Positions 8,187 through 17,983 of a DNA stretch of 32,114 nucleotides are shown here, piece after piece. The first letter of the stretch is position 1. Every line of letters begins with the position of its first letter. The position numbers and the translations under genes were made by a program. Source of the stretch: an uncultured Eubacteriales bacterium (GTDB lineage: Bacteria; Bacillota_I; Bacilli_A; RF39; UBA660); assembly GCA_900321645.1 (NCBI GenBank), contig ONWZ01000137.1:1-32114 (forward strand). Direction: 5' to 3'. Below the pieces are notes generated by a model, which saw only the letters and a list, made by a program, of their open reading frames with translations, did no database searches and was not told where the DNA came from.

Positions 8187-9676
8187 TTTACTCTTTTTTT
8201 CACTTTTTTAGGTACTAATTGATAGTCGGTATTATCTTCGATAATATTCGGTCCAATAATCAAATTATCATACTTGTCTGGATTGTCACCTAAATCTTTG
8301 ATAATTTTTAGGAATGCTTCGGCAACTGATTTTGTTAATCCTCGAGCGCCAATTTTAGCTTTGATAGCTTTATCGACTAACCCATCGACAATGACATCTA
8401 AATTCTCAATTGTTACACCCATCGATTCAATTGTTTCAACCGTTCTCATTAATTTGCTTTCATCAGAATTCAAAAGGATATCTTTTAAATCTTCACGGCT
8501 CAATTCATTTAATCTAACGATGACTGGTAGTCTACCTGCTAATTCGCTGATAATACCACCTTTTTTAATAATCGTCTCTGTGTCGATAACAACATCGTTG
8601 GCTTTCTTTTCTTCAGGATAATTATTAAATCCGATGCTTGGTCTAACATCCTTTTGTGGATTAAATAGATCAGAGAAAGCGCCACAACCAACAAAAACAA
8701 TATTTGTTGTATCAATATTAATGGTATTAAAGGAATCTAGTGAAATTTGTCTTTCACAACCCTCGACCAATTTTAATAATTCGTTTTGAATGGCCGTAGT
8801 TCCAATTTCACCCTGTTCACGATTACCTGATAATTTATCAAATTCATCAATAATAACGATACCATTTTGTGTTTTATCGATATCCATACCACTATTAAGA
8901 TATAACTGAATAAGCATTTCTTCGATATCGTGTCCTTTATATCCAGCTTGCGATGTACCAGTAACAGAATATATGGCAAGAGGCACATCAAAAATTTGTT
9001 TCATTTTTCTAAAGATAGCCGTTTTCCCAACACCGGTAGGTCCAATAACCAACATATTAGTTTTATCCATCATTGGTAGATTATATTTTATCCATAAAAG
9101 GGTGGCGATCGTTTCAATTGCCTTATCTTGGCCCTTTATGGTTTTTTTCACTTCGGCAACGATTTGACTTGGTGTGTAGTTAACTACTTTTTCTCTTTCA
9201 ACAGTTGCCCCTTCGGATGGTTCTTCTTTGCTTTCTTCGGATTCTTTCTTTTCATCAACCAAATGAATTTCATAGTATTCATCACTGTCTTTATCTCGGA
9301 AAACACTAAATTCACCAGTTTCTTTATTACGCATCATAATGACGGCATATTCTTCGGCATCTTCGTTCATATTTTTATAGTATTCATATTTACTTAGACT
9401 ATCTAAGATTTCTTTTTTTATTTTCATAATCGATGAATCTTTATTCTTGTTTAATAATTCAAGGACATTGACTCTGCAAGCATATACATTACCATAATCG
9501 ACTAGATTCGCCATATGGGGATATACATATTGATCTAAATCTACGAAAAAGCCATCTTCTTCGCAATAGTATCCTTCGACTACCCTTACAGGAATAAACT
9601 GAACAATCGATTCATCATCTGTTTTCTTTCGATTAAATATAACGGCAAATTCACCGATTCGATTTTCTTCAACCAT
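8171..9676 (-). CDS. ClpX-family AAA+ unfoldase paralogue with a non-canonical N-terminal domain
   Basis: Walker A GPTGVGKT and Walker B IVIIDEFDK are present. The pore-loop region is AGYKGHD, where canonical ClpX has GYVG. An IGF-type tripeptide is retained (RPSIGFNN). The first ~180 aa have no Cys4 zinc-finger motif. Confidence 0.75.
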   Translation of the reverse strand: MVEENRIGEFAVIFNRKKTDDESIVQFIPVRVVEGYYCEEDGFFVDLDQYVYPHMANLVDYGNVYACRVNVLELLNKNKDSSIMKIKKEILDSLSKYEYYKNMNEDAEEYAVIMMRNKETGEFSVFRDKDSDEYYEIHLVDEKKESEESKEEPSEGATVEREKVVNYTPSQIVAEVKKTIKGQDKAIETIATLLWIKYNLPMMDKTNMLVIGPTGVGKTAIFRKMKQIFDVPLAIYSVTGTSQAGYKGHDIEEMLIQLYLNSGMDIDKTQNGIVIIDEFDKLSGNREQGEIGTTAIQNELLKLVEGCERQISLDSFNTINIDTTNIVFVGCGAFSDLFNPQKDVRPSIGFNNYPEEKKANDVVIDTETIIKKGGIISELAGRLPVIVRLNELSREDLKDILLNSDESKLMRTVETIESMGVTIENLDVIVDGLVDKAIKAKIGARGLTKSVAEAFLKIIKDLGDNPDKYDNLIIGPNIIEDNTDYQLVPKKVKKRVKTAEV

Positions 9677-9690
9677 AACCCTACTCCTTA

Positions 9691-11430
9691 CTAATCTCTA
9701 ATTTTAATATGGGTTTCACGTAATTGTTTTTCAAATACTTCACCAGGGCATCCCATCATTTGATCAGCACCATTAGCCCCTAGTGGAAAGGCAACCATTT
9801 CACGAATGTTTTCTTCATCTTTTAAAAGCATCAAAATACGATCGATACCAGGCGCCATTCCAGCATGAGGAGGAGCGCCATATCTAAATGCTTCATATAA
9901 TGATGGGAATTTAGCAGCCACTACTTTTTCATCATAGCCAGCAATTGCAAAGGCTTTCTTTAATATTTCACGGCTGTGATTACGAACACCACCAGAAGCC
10001 ATTTCAAAGCCATTACATACAAAGTCGTATTGATAAGCTTTAATTGACAACGGATCTTGATTGTTTAATGCTTCAAGACCTCCTTGAGGCATTGAAAATG
10101 GATTGTGGCAGAATGCAACGCCGCCATTTTCTTCATCGACTTCATAAAATGGAAAATCGTTAATGATACAAAATTCATATCTACTCTTATCAATTAGGTC
10201 TAATTCTTGACCTAGTTTAATTCTTAACTGACCCATTAATTTAGCGCATTTTTCTTTATCAGCCATAATGAATACAACATCACCTGCTTTTAGCGATAAA
10301 CCTTTTTTTAATTCTTTACGAACTTCATCAGTCATAAATTTATCTAAGGTAGATTTAAAGGTCATATCATCATTTACTTTGATGTAACTTAAAATACCAC
10401 CGATAGATTTAGCATATTCTTCCATATTCTTATACCAAGAATTTGATTTATCAATCGTGTCTACCTTGATACCTCTAATAGTAGTATCTTTGAATGGTGC
10501 AAAATCCATTTTAGATAAGATATCCGTCAAATCAGTTATAATTAATGGATTTCTTAAATCCGGTTTATCGCTACCATATTTTAGCATGGCATCAGTATAA
10601 GATATTCTTTTAAATGGTCTTGGACTAATTTCCTTATTGCCAAACTTTTTAAAGACATCATAAAATACTTTTTCGCCAACTTCATAGACATCTTCTTCCA
10701 TGGCAAAAGACATTTCAAAATCTAATTGATAAAATTCACCATATAGTCTATCACTTCTTGGATCTTCATCTCTAAAGCATGGTGCTATTTGGAAATAGCG
10801 ATTAAAACCAGATACCATCAATAATTGTTTAAATATTTGGGGAGCTTGTGGTAAAGCATAAAATTTACCTTTAAATTTACGAGAAGGGACAATAAAGTCT
10901 CTAGCTCCTTCAGGTGAAGTAGCGGTAATAATTGGAGTTTGGATTTCGGTGAAATCCATTTCTTTCATCGTCGTTCTAATAAAGTCAATTACTTTACTTC
11001 TAAATAAAATATTTTCATGAACTTCTGGATTTCTTAAATCTAGATAACGATATTTTAAACGAGTATCTTCGAATGATTCTTTACTTCTCGCAATTTCAAA
11101 TGGCAAAACATTTTCACATTCTCCTAATACCTCTAGCGAAATGATTTTAACTTCAATTTCTCCTGTTGCCATATTTTTATTAACCATATCCGGTGTTCTA
11201 TTCTCTACAATGCCAGTTACAGTAATGGTTGTTTCACGATTTAAATGCATATATTTTTCGGCGTCTTCGCTAATTAGTTGAACAATTCCAGTTTCATCTC
11301 TTAGAGTCATAAATAATAATCCACCAAGATTTCTAATTGAATTGATCCAGCCAGCTAATCTTACTTCTTTGCCGACATAGCCAGTATCTACTTTCCCACA
11401 GTAGACGTTTCTGTAAATATTTTCTTTCAT
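9691..11430 (-). CDS. aspS: Aspartyl-tRNA synthetase (class IIb)
   Basis: 579 aa. N-terminal OB anticodon-binding domain, motif 2 QIAPCFRDEDPRSDR and motif 3 GAPPHAGMAPGIDRILML. Confidence 0.95.
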   Translation of the reverse strand: MKENIYRNVYCGKVDTGYVGKEVRLAGWINSIRNLGGLLFMTLRDETGIVQLISEDAEKYMHLNRETTITVTGIVENRTPDMVNKNMATGEIEVKIISLEVLGECENVLPFEIARSKESFEDTRLKYRYLDLRNPEVHENILFRSKVIDFIRTTMKEMDFTEIQTPIITATSPEGARDFIVPSRKFKGKFYALPQAPQIFKQLLMVSGFNRYFQIAPCFRDEDPRSDRLYGEFYQLDFEMSFAMEEDVYEVGEKVFYDVFKKFGNKEISPRPFKRISYTDAMLKYGSDKPDLRNPLIITDLTDILSKMDFAPFKDTTIRGIKVDTIDKSNSWYKNMEEYAKSIGGILSYIKVNDDMTFKSTLDKFMTDEVRKELKKGLSLKAGDVVFIMADKEKCAKLMGQLRIKLGQELDLIDKSRYEFCIINDFPFYEVDEENGGVAFCHNPFSMPQGGLEALNNQDPLSIKAYQYDFVCNGFEMASGGVRNHSREILKKAFAIAGYDEKVVAAKFPSLYEAFRYGAPPHAGMAPGIDRILMLLKDEENIREMVAFPLGANGADQMMGCPGEVFEKQLRETHIKIRD

Positions 11431-11587
11431 TTTATCCTCCTTAAAAAGAAAAGCACGAAAAGGAAATACATAAGGACGGAATATTCCGCGGTGCCACCTT
11501 ATTTCACTTTCGTGCGCTTATTTAAATTAATAAATTGTCAGTCTCGTTATATGCTTACTTGTCACTGATAAGCCGAAAACTAAATAT
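11431..11587 (-). promoter_or_regulatory. T-box riboswitch leader of aspS
   Basis: The minus strand carries the conserved T-box sequence AAGGTGGCACCGCGG (about 11486-11500). The terminator helix is GCACGAAA...TTTCGTGC followed by TTTTCTTTTT, directly before the SD AAGGAGG. Confidence 0.8.
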
Positions 11588-11615
11588 ATTATAGCATACT
11601 TTTAATGATTTGCAA
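11588..11615 (-). promoter_or_regulatory. aspS/T-box promoter: TTGCAA-16 nt-TATAAT with an extended -10 TGC
   Basis: The minus strand reads TTGCAAATCATTAAAAGTATGCTATAAT. Confidence 0.5.
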
Positions 11616-11618
11616 CAA

Positions 11619-11640
11619 TAAAAAAAGCGATTGCTCGCTA
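11619..11640 (-). terminator. Short intrinsic terminator after the SipW-signal protein gene
   Basis: The minus strand reads AGCGA-GCAA-TCGCT (5-bp GC-rich stem with a GNRA loop) followed by TTTTTTT. Confidence 0.5.
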
Positions 11641-11653
11641 TTTTTATAGTTTA

Positions 11654-12352
11654 TTAAGATACTGTGAATGTACCAGTTAACTGATTACCATTACCAGCAG
11701 TTGATGTATAAACGATTTGACCGGTATAAGTTGCACCCATTTCTGATGATTGATCGCCATTATCATTTAAATAAATCAATGCATAAGTTGTTGTAGATGA
11801 ATTAGCATTTACAGTAATTGTATCAGTAGCAGTTACGCCATCAACAGTTTGATTTAATGTTGTAGCAGTTCCACCAATTGTGTATAGTTCTCCATTTTTT
11901 GTTACAGGTCTATACGTTAGATTACTGAATGCTGTAGCACCAGATCTTTCAGCTGCTTCATTAGTATTTGTAACAATCTTACCTTCTAGGGTTAAATTCG
12001 TTGCACCACCATTCGTAATTGTTATTTCATATAAAGCACAAATCTTGAAACCAGCATCATCAGTACATTTTTTGGCAACGTTTAATGCATATGCTAAATT
12101 TGTATTGTTTGGTGCAGTTGCATTTTCAATTACTGTTGTTGGATCAACTGGAATTAATTTTGCATCGCTTGGATAAATTTCACGTAAACTTAAGCCAGCA
12201 TTGAATTCATAAGCAGTTAGGTTAACAGCTCCTTCGGCACTGCTTGCTTGAGCACTGAAGTATGCGAATGATGCTCCAATAATCGCAACGATTAAAGTAG
12301 CTACTCCAACGATTCCTAAAAATATTCCATTTCCTTTTCTATTATCTTCCAT
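11654..12352 (-). CDS. Secreted or cell-surface protein with a SipW-dependent-type signal peptide (TasA/camelysin-class N-terminus)
   Basis: The N-terminus GIFLGIVGVATLIVAIIGASFAYFSAQASS matches the G-x-FAYFS motif of SipW-cognate signal peptides such as TasA and CalY. The mature part is Thr/Asn/Gly/Ala-rich with no Cys. Confidence 0.6.
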   Translation of the reverse strand: MEDNRKGNGIFLGIVGVATLIVAIIGASFAYFSAQASSAEGAVNLTAYEFNAGLSLREIYPSDAKLIPVDPTTVIENATAPNNTNLAYALNVAKKCTDDAGFKICALYEITITNGGATNLTLEGKIVTNTNEAAERSGATAFSNLTYRPVTKNGELYTIGGTATTLNQTVDGVTATDTITVNANSSTTTYALIYLNDNGDQSSEMGATYTGQIVYTSTAGNGNQLTGTFTVS

Positions 12353-12376
12353 TTATTTTCCTCCTCTACTATATTA

Positions 12377-12405
12377 ATAGTATCAAATAATATAACAATT
12401 TGCAA
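12377..12405 (-). promoter_or_regulatory. Promoter of the SipW-signal protein gene: TTGCAA-17 nt-TACTAT
   Basis: The minus strand reads TTGCAAATTGTTATATTATTTGATACTAT, followed by the SD GAGGAGG. Confidence 0.5.
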
Positions 12406-12430
12406 GTGTTTTTTACTATTTTACACTATT

Positions 12431-15400
12431 TTAAAATAAACTTAATTGACTAGTTTCGGGCATATCGTTAAATATTCCCATAACTTTCATTTTATCGACA
12501 AGAGTTGAAGAAACTTTGCATCTGTTTTGAAAGTCTTCGATTGAAATAAATGGATGTTTTTTAGCTTCCTCTTCAATATTTTTAGCCACGACATCCCCCA
12601 ACCCATCAATTGAAGCAAATGATGGAATAATTGTCTTATCATCTAAAACATCAAAAGTAAGGGCTTTACTCTTATACAAATCGACATTGGCAATTTTAAT
12701 TCCTCTTGCGGTTGCTTCAAGGGCAAGTCTTAAACATTCAGCAATACCGGCTTCTTTGTTACTAGCATCATAGCCTTTTTCATTGATTTCAATTAATTTA
12801 GCTTTAATGGCATCATAACCACTAATCATCGCATCGATATCAAAATCAGTGGCTTTGGTTGAAAACCATGAAGCATAATAATAGGCTGGCATATGAACTT
12901 TATACCATGCGATACGGAAAGCGCTAATAACATATGCAGCTGCATGGGCTTTAGGGAACATGTACTTAATTTTGGCACATGAATTGATAAACCAGTCTTC
13001 AATACCAGCGGCTTCCATTGTCTTAACATGTTCTTGCCATCCATCTGGATCTTTGCTTGCTTTGCCTTTACGAACAAATTCCATAATTTTGAAAGCTTTA
13101 ATTGGTTCAACACCGTGATACATTAAATAAACCATAATATCATCACGACAGCCAATTACTTCTTTAAATGGAACAATGTTGTTACGGATTAATTCTTGGG
13201 CATTACCTAACCATACATCGGTACCATGTGATAGACCGGATATTTTAACTAATTCGGCAAAAGTAGTCGGCTTAGTATCTTCCACCATACTAATTGTAAA
13301 TGATGTGCCAAATTCAGGAATACCGAGAGTGCCAGTTTTACACATAATCTCATCTTCGGTAACACCTAACGATTTTGTTCCTGTAAATAAAGCCATCGTA
13401 TCTTTATCATCCATTGGCACTTTTAAAATATCAGTATTGGTCAAATCTTGAATCATACGTAATTGCGTAGGATCAGAGTGGCCTAAAATATCTAGTTTTA
13501 ATAAATCTTGGTCAATAGCATGGTAATCAAAATGGGTCGTACGCCAAGCGCTCGTTGCGTCATCAGCTGGATATTGAAATGGCGTAAAATCTGAGACGTC
13601 CATATAATCTGGAACTACGACGATACCACCCGGATGTTGGCCAGTTGTCCTTTTAACACCGGTACAGCCAATGGCTAATCTTTCAATTTCACAACTGCGC
13701 TTATCCATAATACCGCGATCTTCATAATAACCCTTAACAAAACCATAAGCTGTCTTATCGGCCACCGTACCAATTGTTCCGGCACGATAAACATTATCAA
13801 CGCCAAATAATACTTTGGTATATTCATGAGCTGATGCTTGGTTTAAATCAGAAAAATTCAAATCAATATCAGGTACTTTATCGGCATTAAAGCCTAAGAA
13901 TGTAGCAAACGGCATATCTTGACCATCTTTATACATTAATTCACCACAATTAGGACATTTTTTATCAGGCAAATCAAAACCGCTTGAATAAGTTGCTCCC
14001 AAATCATTACCATCTTCATCTTTAAAAATACTATGCTTACACTTCTCGCAACGATAATGAGCTGGTAGTGGATTAACTTCGGTAATACCCATCATTGTTG
14101 CAACGAAAGATGAGCCAACAGATCCACGAGAACCAACTAAATATCCATCATCATTAGAGTGCTTTACTAGTCTTTGAGCAATTAAATAGATTGGATCAAA
14201 GCCACCGCCAATGATACCGCCCAATGATTTTTTAATTTTTTTGGCAAGTGATTTGTCATTTAATTCGCCATCAGCTTCAGTCCAATTTTCTTTGACATAG
14301 TCACTTACTAACCCTTTAACATTATCAAAACCAGCAATAATGGTTTCATGTAATTTGTTAAAGATTTCAGTTTCTAATTTATCACCAGTTAATTTTTCCT
14401 TGCTTAGTTTTTCACTCCATATTTTATAGACAATATCACCATATAATTCTTTGGCAATACGTTCTTCAATATTATGTGGAAGTGGTGTGCCATATAATTC
14501 ACCAGCTTTGTTATAAACAAGTTCCGTGACAACACGTGGGCAGTCTAAGTAACTTTTTCCATCATCGCTTTTTACTCTTGGTGAAAATGGAATGCCGCCA
14601 GTATCAATAATAACTTCAATTTCCTCCACCATATCCAAGATTTTATTAGTATTCTCAACAACAATTTTATATGCTAAATCTTTATCTAAGAAACTAAAAT
14701 CGTTTAACATCTCAGTAGTTGTTCTAAAATGTTGCGATGGTATTTCTTTGATACCAGTCTTTGCAAGTGGGTGTCTACCACCACCAGGTACTTTTTGATT
14801 AACAATAATTTCACGATAGATTTTGTCTTCTCGTGTAAAGTGATGCACGTCACCTGTGGCAACGATTATTTTACCGGCTTCTTCAGTGGCATCAATTATT
14901 TTCTTAATATGTTCTTCAAGTTCTTTTTCATTAGCAAATTCACCGGTTTGAATCAAGTGATTATATACCTCAGGTGGTTGAACTTCAACATAATCATAAA
15001 AGTTTATAACATTGGTAAGTTCTTGTCCTTCTTTACTTCTTGCTTCGATGAATACTTCTGATTCATAACAACCACTGCCGATTAATAATCCTTCACGTAG
15101 TTCATTTAGTTTACTACGTAAAATTCTCGGTGTTTTATATAGATAAACTGTATTCGCCAAAGAGATAATTTTAAATAGATTTTTTAAACCTGTTTTATTT
15201 AAGGCAATCGCATTAAAGTGATATGTACTACCAAATTTATAAATTTCATCTTTGGAAACTAATTTATCTAAGTCTTTAATCGTTTTATAATTTTGACTTT
15301 TTAATTTATTTATCATCTTGGCAAAAACAAGAGCAGTTCCCTCAGCATCATAATCTGCCCTATGATGAGCAGTTTCTTCCCAAGGAATATTATATCTAGC

Positions 15401-17062
15401 AACCAAAGCTGAAAGATTATGTCTAGCATAGCCTTGGTCTAGGGCGCGTGATAATTCAAGGGTATCAATAACTGTATTTTCGAATTCACCTAAAGCATAT
15501 TTTTTCATGGCACTAGTAATAAAGGAAATATCAAATTTAGCATTATGGGCAACCATTGGAGCATCCCCAGCCCATTCCAAAAATCTTTTAGTGACATTTT
15601 CTTCAGTATCTTTATCTTTTAACATATCATCGGTGATATTTGTTAATTCCGTTATTTTTTTTAGTAGTTTTCTATTTGGATTAATTAATTCATCAAAGTG
15701 ATCAACAATTTCACCATTGCAGATTTTGACAGCCCCAATTTCAATCATTTGATCGGCACCGCCAGCATTAAAACCAGTTGTTTCGGTGTCAAATACGACG
15801 AATATTGTATCCTCAAGTGGTAAATCGCTAGGCCTTACGGAAATATTAACAGTGTCATCAACAAGTGTTAATTCAGTACCATATAACCCTTTAAAATGAT
15901 CTTTCGGATTTTCAATTTTTTTATTATGATCATTAATTAAGCCATAAGCTATTGGGAATGCTTGGCAACCATTATGATCGGTAATGGCAACCCCACGATA
16001 ACCCATATTAATCGCTTTAGTAACAAGTTCACAAGTATGTTTACCTAAATCAACTCTTGTAATACCATCCATTTGACTCATCATCGTATGAGCATGTAAC
16101 TCTACTCTTTTAATTGGCTCATTATCGACAATTTCTTTTTTTTCTGGGGAATCTACTTGTTCGGTATCTTTATATCTTGTATTAAAGACAATTTCATTGG
16201 CAAATTTATCCATTACAGCTTTACCATAGAAATTATACCAATTACCCTCTTTTAATAATTTTTTAATTAATTTATATTCATCATCATCTTTAGTAAACAT
16301 TTTGACATACATACTATCAGTATAGTCCGTTACTTTTAAAGTAATGATTTTATAACCAGATTTAGATTCAAAATAATCGATACCAAAAATACATCCCTTT
16401 ATATTGATGTTATCTACTTCATAAATGACATCTTTAATAGGTGTTATTTCGGTCGTTTTTTTAGCATGATAGACAGGTTTCTTATCATCTTTTACTTCTT
16501 TTTCTTTCTTAGTTATTTTTGTAGTACTAACTGTTACTTCTTTCTCTTTTTCAATTTGATTTTTTAATTCATTATCGCCATCCAAAATTAAATCAACATT
16601 TATATCAATATCAACGCCATAGCGATACATTTTATCAATTAATTCTTGTTTTAAGCCAAGTAAATTAGTACATTCAATTTTGTTATAAGCTTTAATAGTA
16701 ATCATATTATCAGTAATATCAATATCACGTTCTAAAAAGATATTATATTTATTGCGATCTAAACAAATATTTTTTAAGATATCTAAATAGTATTCTCTAA
16801 TTAATTTATTATCTACTTCTTTAGGGCGAATAATCAATTTTACTTCTTTAATTTGATGAAAGTACGCAATTAATTTATATAAAACATTATTATAGACATC
16901 AATTGGTAAAACTTCTTTTGTATTAATAATGAAATCTAATAGTTTATTGTTGTCATAGATAACTACTTTTTCAATCGAAGCATCAGAAAAATATGATAAT
17001 AAATTATCATCTAAGTCAATTTCAGTAAATAATTTTTGTAACTTATCTTGCATACTACTCAC
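12431..17062 (-). CDS. polC: DNA polymerase III PolC-type alpha subunit (Gram-positive replicative polymerase)
   Basis: 1543 aa. PHP domain (ELHAHTMMSQMDG), inserted DEDDh 3'-5' exonuclease (FVVFDTETTG ... HRADYDA) and polymerase core. The track start at 17062 is a GTG. An ATG three codons downstream is an alternative start. Confidence 0.97.
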   Translation of the reverse strand: MSSMQDKLQKLFTEIDLDDNLLSYFSDASIEKVVIYDNNKLLDFIINTKEVLPIDVYNNVLYKLIAYFHQIKEVKLIIRPKEVDNKLIREYYLDILKNICLDRNKYNIFLERDIDITDNMITIKAYNKIECTNLLGLKQELIDKMYRYGVDIDINVDLILDGDNELKNQIEKEKEVTVSTTKITKKEKEVKDDKKPVYHAKKTTEITPIKDVIYEVDNINIKGCIFGIDYFESKSGYKIITLKVTDYTDSMYVKMFTKDDDEYKLIKKLLKEGNWYNFYGKAVMDKFANEIVFNTRYKDTEQVDSPEKKEIVDNEPIKRVELHAHTMMSQMDGITRVDLGKHTCELVTKAINMGYRGVAITDHNGCQAFPIAYGLINDHNKKIENPKDHFKGLYGTELTLVDDTVNISVRPSDLPLEDTIFVVFDTETTGFNAGGADQMIEIGAVKICNGEIVDHFDELINPNRKLLKKITELTNITDDMLKDKDTEENVTKRFLEWAGDAPMVAHNAKFDISFITSAMKKYALGEFENTVIDTLELSRALDQGYARHNLSALVARYNIPWEETAHHRADYDAEGTALVFAKMINKLKSQNYKTIKDLDKLVSKDEIYKFGSTYHFNAIALNKTGLKNLFKIISLANTVYLYKTPRILRSKLNELREGLLIGSGCYESEVFIEARSKEGQELTNVINFYDYVEVQPPEVYNHLIQTGEFANEKELEEHIKKIIDATEEAGKIIVATGDVHHFTREDKIYREIIVNQKVPGGGRHPLAKTGIKEIPSQHFRTTTEMLNDFSFLDKDLAYKIVVENTNKILDMVEEIEVIIDTGGIPFSPRVKSDDGKSYLDCPRVVTELVYNKAGELYGTPLPHNIEERIAKELYGDIVYKIWSEKLSKEKLTGDKLETEIFNKLHETIIAGFDNVKGLVSDYVKENWTEADGELNDKSLAKKIKKSLGGIIGGGFDPIYLIAQRLVKHSNDDGYLVGSRGSVGSSFVATMMGITEVNPLPAHYRCEKCKHSIFKDEDGNDLGATYSSGFDLPDKKCPNCGELMYKDGQDMPFATFLGFNADKVPDIDLNFSDLNQASAHEYTKVLFGVDNVYRAGTIGTVADKTAYGFVKGYYEDRGIMDKRSCEIERLAIGCTGVKRTTGQHPGGIVVVPDYMDVSDFTPFQYPADDATSAWRTTHFDYHAIDQDLLKLDILGHSDPTQLRMIQDLTNTDILKVPMDDKDTMALFTGTKSLGVTEDEIMCKTGTLGIPEFGTSFTISMVEDTKPTTFAELVKISGLSHGTDVWLGNAQELIRNNIVPFKEVIGCRDDIMVYLMYHGVEPIKAFKIMEFVRKGKASKDPDGWQEHVKTMEAAGIEDWFINSCAKIKYMFPKAHAAAYVISAFRIAWYKVHMPAYYYASWFSTKATDFDIDAMISGYDAIKAKLIEINEKGYDASNKEAGIAECLRLALEATARGIKIANVDLYKSKALTFDVLDDKTIIPSFASIDGLGDVVAKNIEEEAKKHPFISIEDFQNRCKVSSTLVDKMKVMGIFNDMPETSQLSLF

Positions 17063-17132
17063 TTCATTCTTTCTTTATCTATTCTAGCATAAATAGAAAA
17101 ATATAGATATATCTTTACGTTAATTTAACATT

Positions 17133-17158
17133 AAAAAAATGAGATATTACTATCTCAT
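17133..17158 (-). terminator. Intrinsic terminator after the SPFH gene
   Basis: The minus strand reads ATGAGATA-GTAA-TATCTCAT followed by TTTTTTT. Confidence 0.65.
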
Positions 17159-17162
17159 TTAA

Positions 17163-17924
17163 TTATTTTTCTTTTTTGTTACTTCCAAGGCCTTCTAAAG
17201 CTCTTAAAACTTCAACTGGTAAGGCAAAAACTACTGTATTAGATTGATCTGATGATAAATCATTAATTGTAGCTAATGTACGTAAATGAAGTGCTCCAGG
17301 AGTATTACCCATCATATTAGCAGCTTCGGCTAAATTCTTAGCAGCTTCAACTTCACCTTTAGCTTTTGTAATAACAGCATTCTTTTCTCTTTCAGCTTCA
17401 GCAACTTTCGCCATAACTCTTTGCATTTCCATAGATAGTGAGATGTCTTTTAATTCGACATTTTCTACTTTTACACCCCAAGGATCAGTAGCATTATCAA
17501 TGATTTCACAAATTTTGGCAGAAATTTTTTCACGGTCAGTTAATAATTGGTCTAAAGTAACAGTACCAACAACGTTACGCATCGTTGTTTGAGCTAATTG
17601 ACCAACAGCATAATGGAAGTTTTCTACTTCACATAAAGCTTTTCCAGCATCAAATACTTTATAGTAAATAACGGCATTAATTTTAATAGATACGTTATCA
17701 CTAGTAATAGCTACTTGTTCTGGAACATCGACTGCTCTAGTTCTAATATCAATCTTTTTCATTGATTGGAATATTGGCCATACAACATGCCATCCTGGGT
17801 TTAACACCTTAGAATATTTACCCATTTTGAATAATATTCCTCTTTCATATTGATTGATTTGTTTAATTGAACATAAAGCAATAAAGCCAATTATTACAAG
17901 TAAAGTTATAAAAAATTCACCCAT
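17163..17924 (-). CDS. SPFH/band-7 (stomatin/slipin-like) membrane protein
   Basis: 253 aa. N-terminal TM helix, then an SPFH core (ERGILFKMGKY ... VDVPEQVAITSDNVSIKINAVIYYKV) and a coiled-coil AEAEREK region. Confidence 0.85.
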   Translation of the reverse strand: MGEFFITLLVIIGFIALCSIKQINQYERGILFKMGKYSKVLNPGWHVVWPIFQSMKKIDIRTRAVDVPEQVAITSDNVSIKINAVIYYKVFDAGKALCEVENFHYAVGQLAQTTMRNVVGTVTLDQLLTDREKISAKICEIIDNATDPWGVKVENVELKDISLSMEMQRVMAKVAEAEREKNAVITKAKGEVEAAKNLAEAANMMGNTPGALHLRTLATINDLSSDQSNTVVFALPVEVLRALEGLGSNKKEK

Positions 17925-17954
17925 AATATCCTCCTTCCTATAATTAGTTTATAA

Positions 17955-17979
17955 CAATATTGATTAAAAATCAATATTG
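17955..17979. repeat. Perfect 11-bp inverted repeat (CAATATTGATT-AAA-AATCAATATTG) between the GNAT and SPFH genes
   Basis: Read directly from the sequence. It is an AT-only stem with no clear U-tract, so its role (weak terminator or operator) is unclear. Confidence 0.35.
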
Positions 17980-17983
17980 GTTA

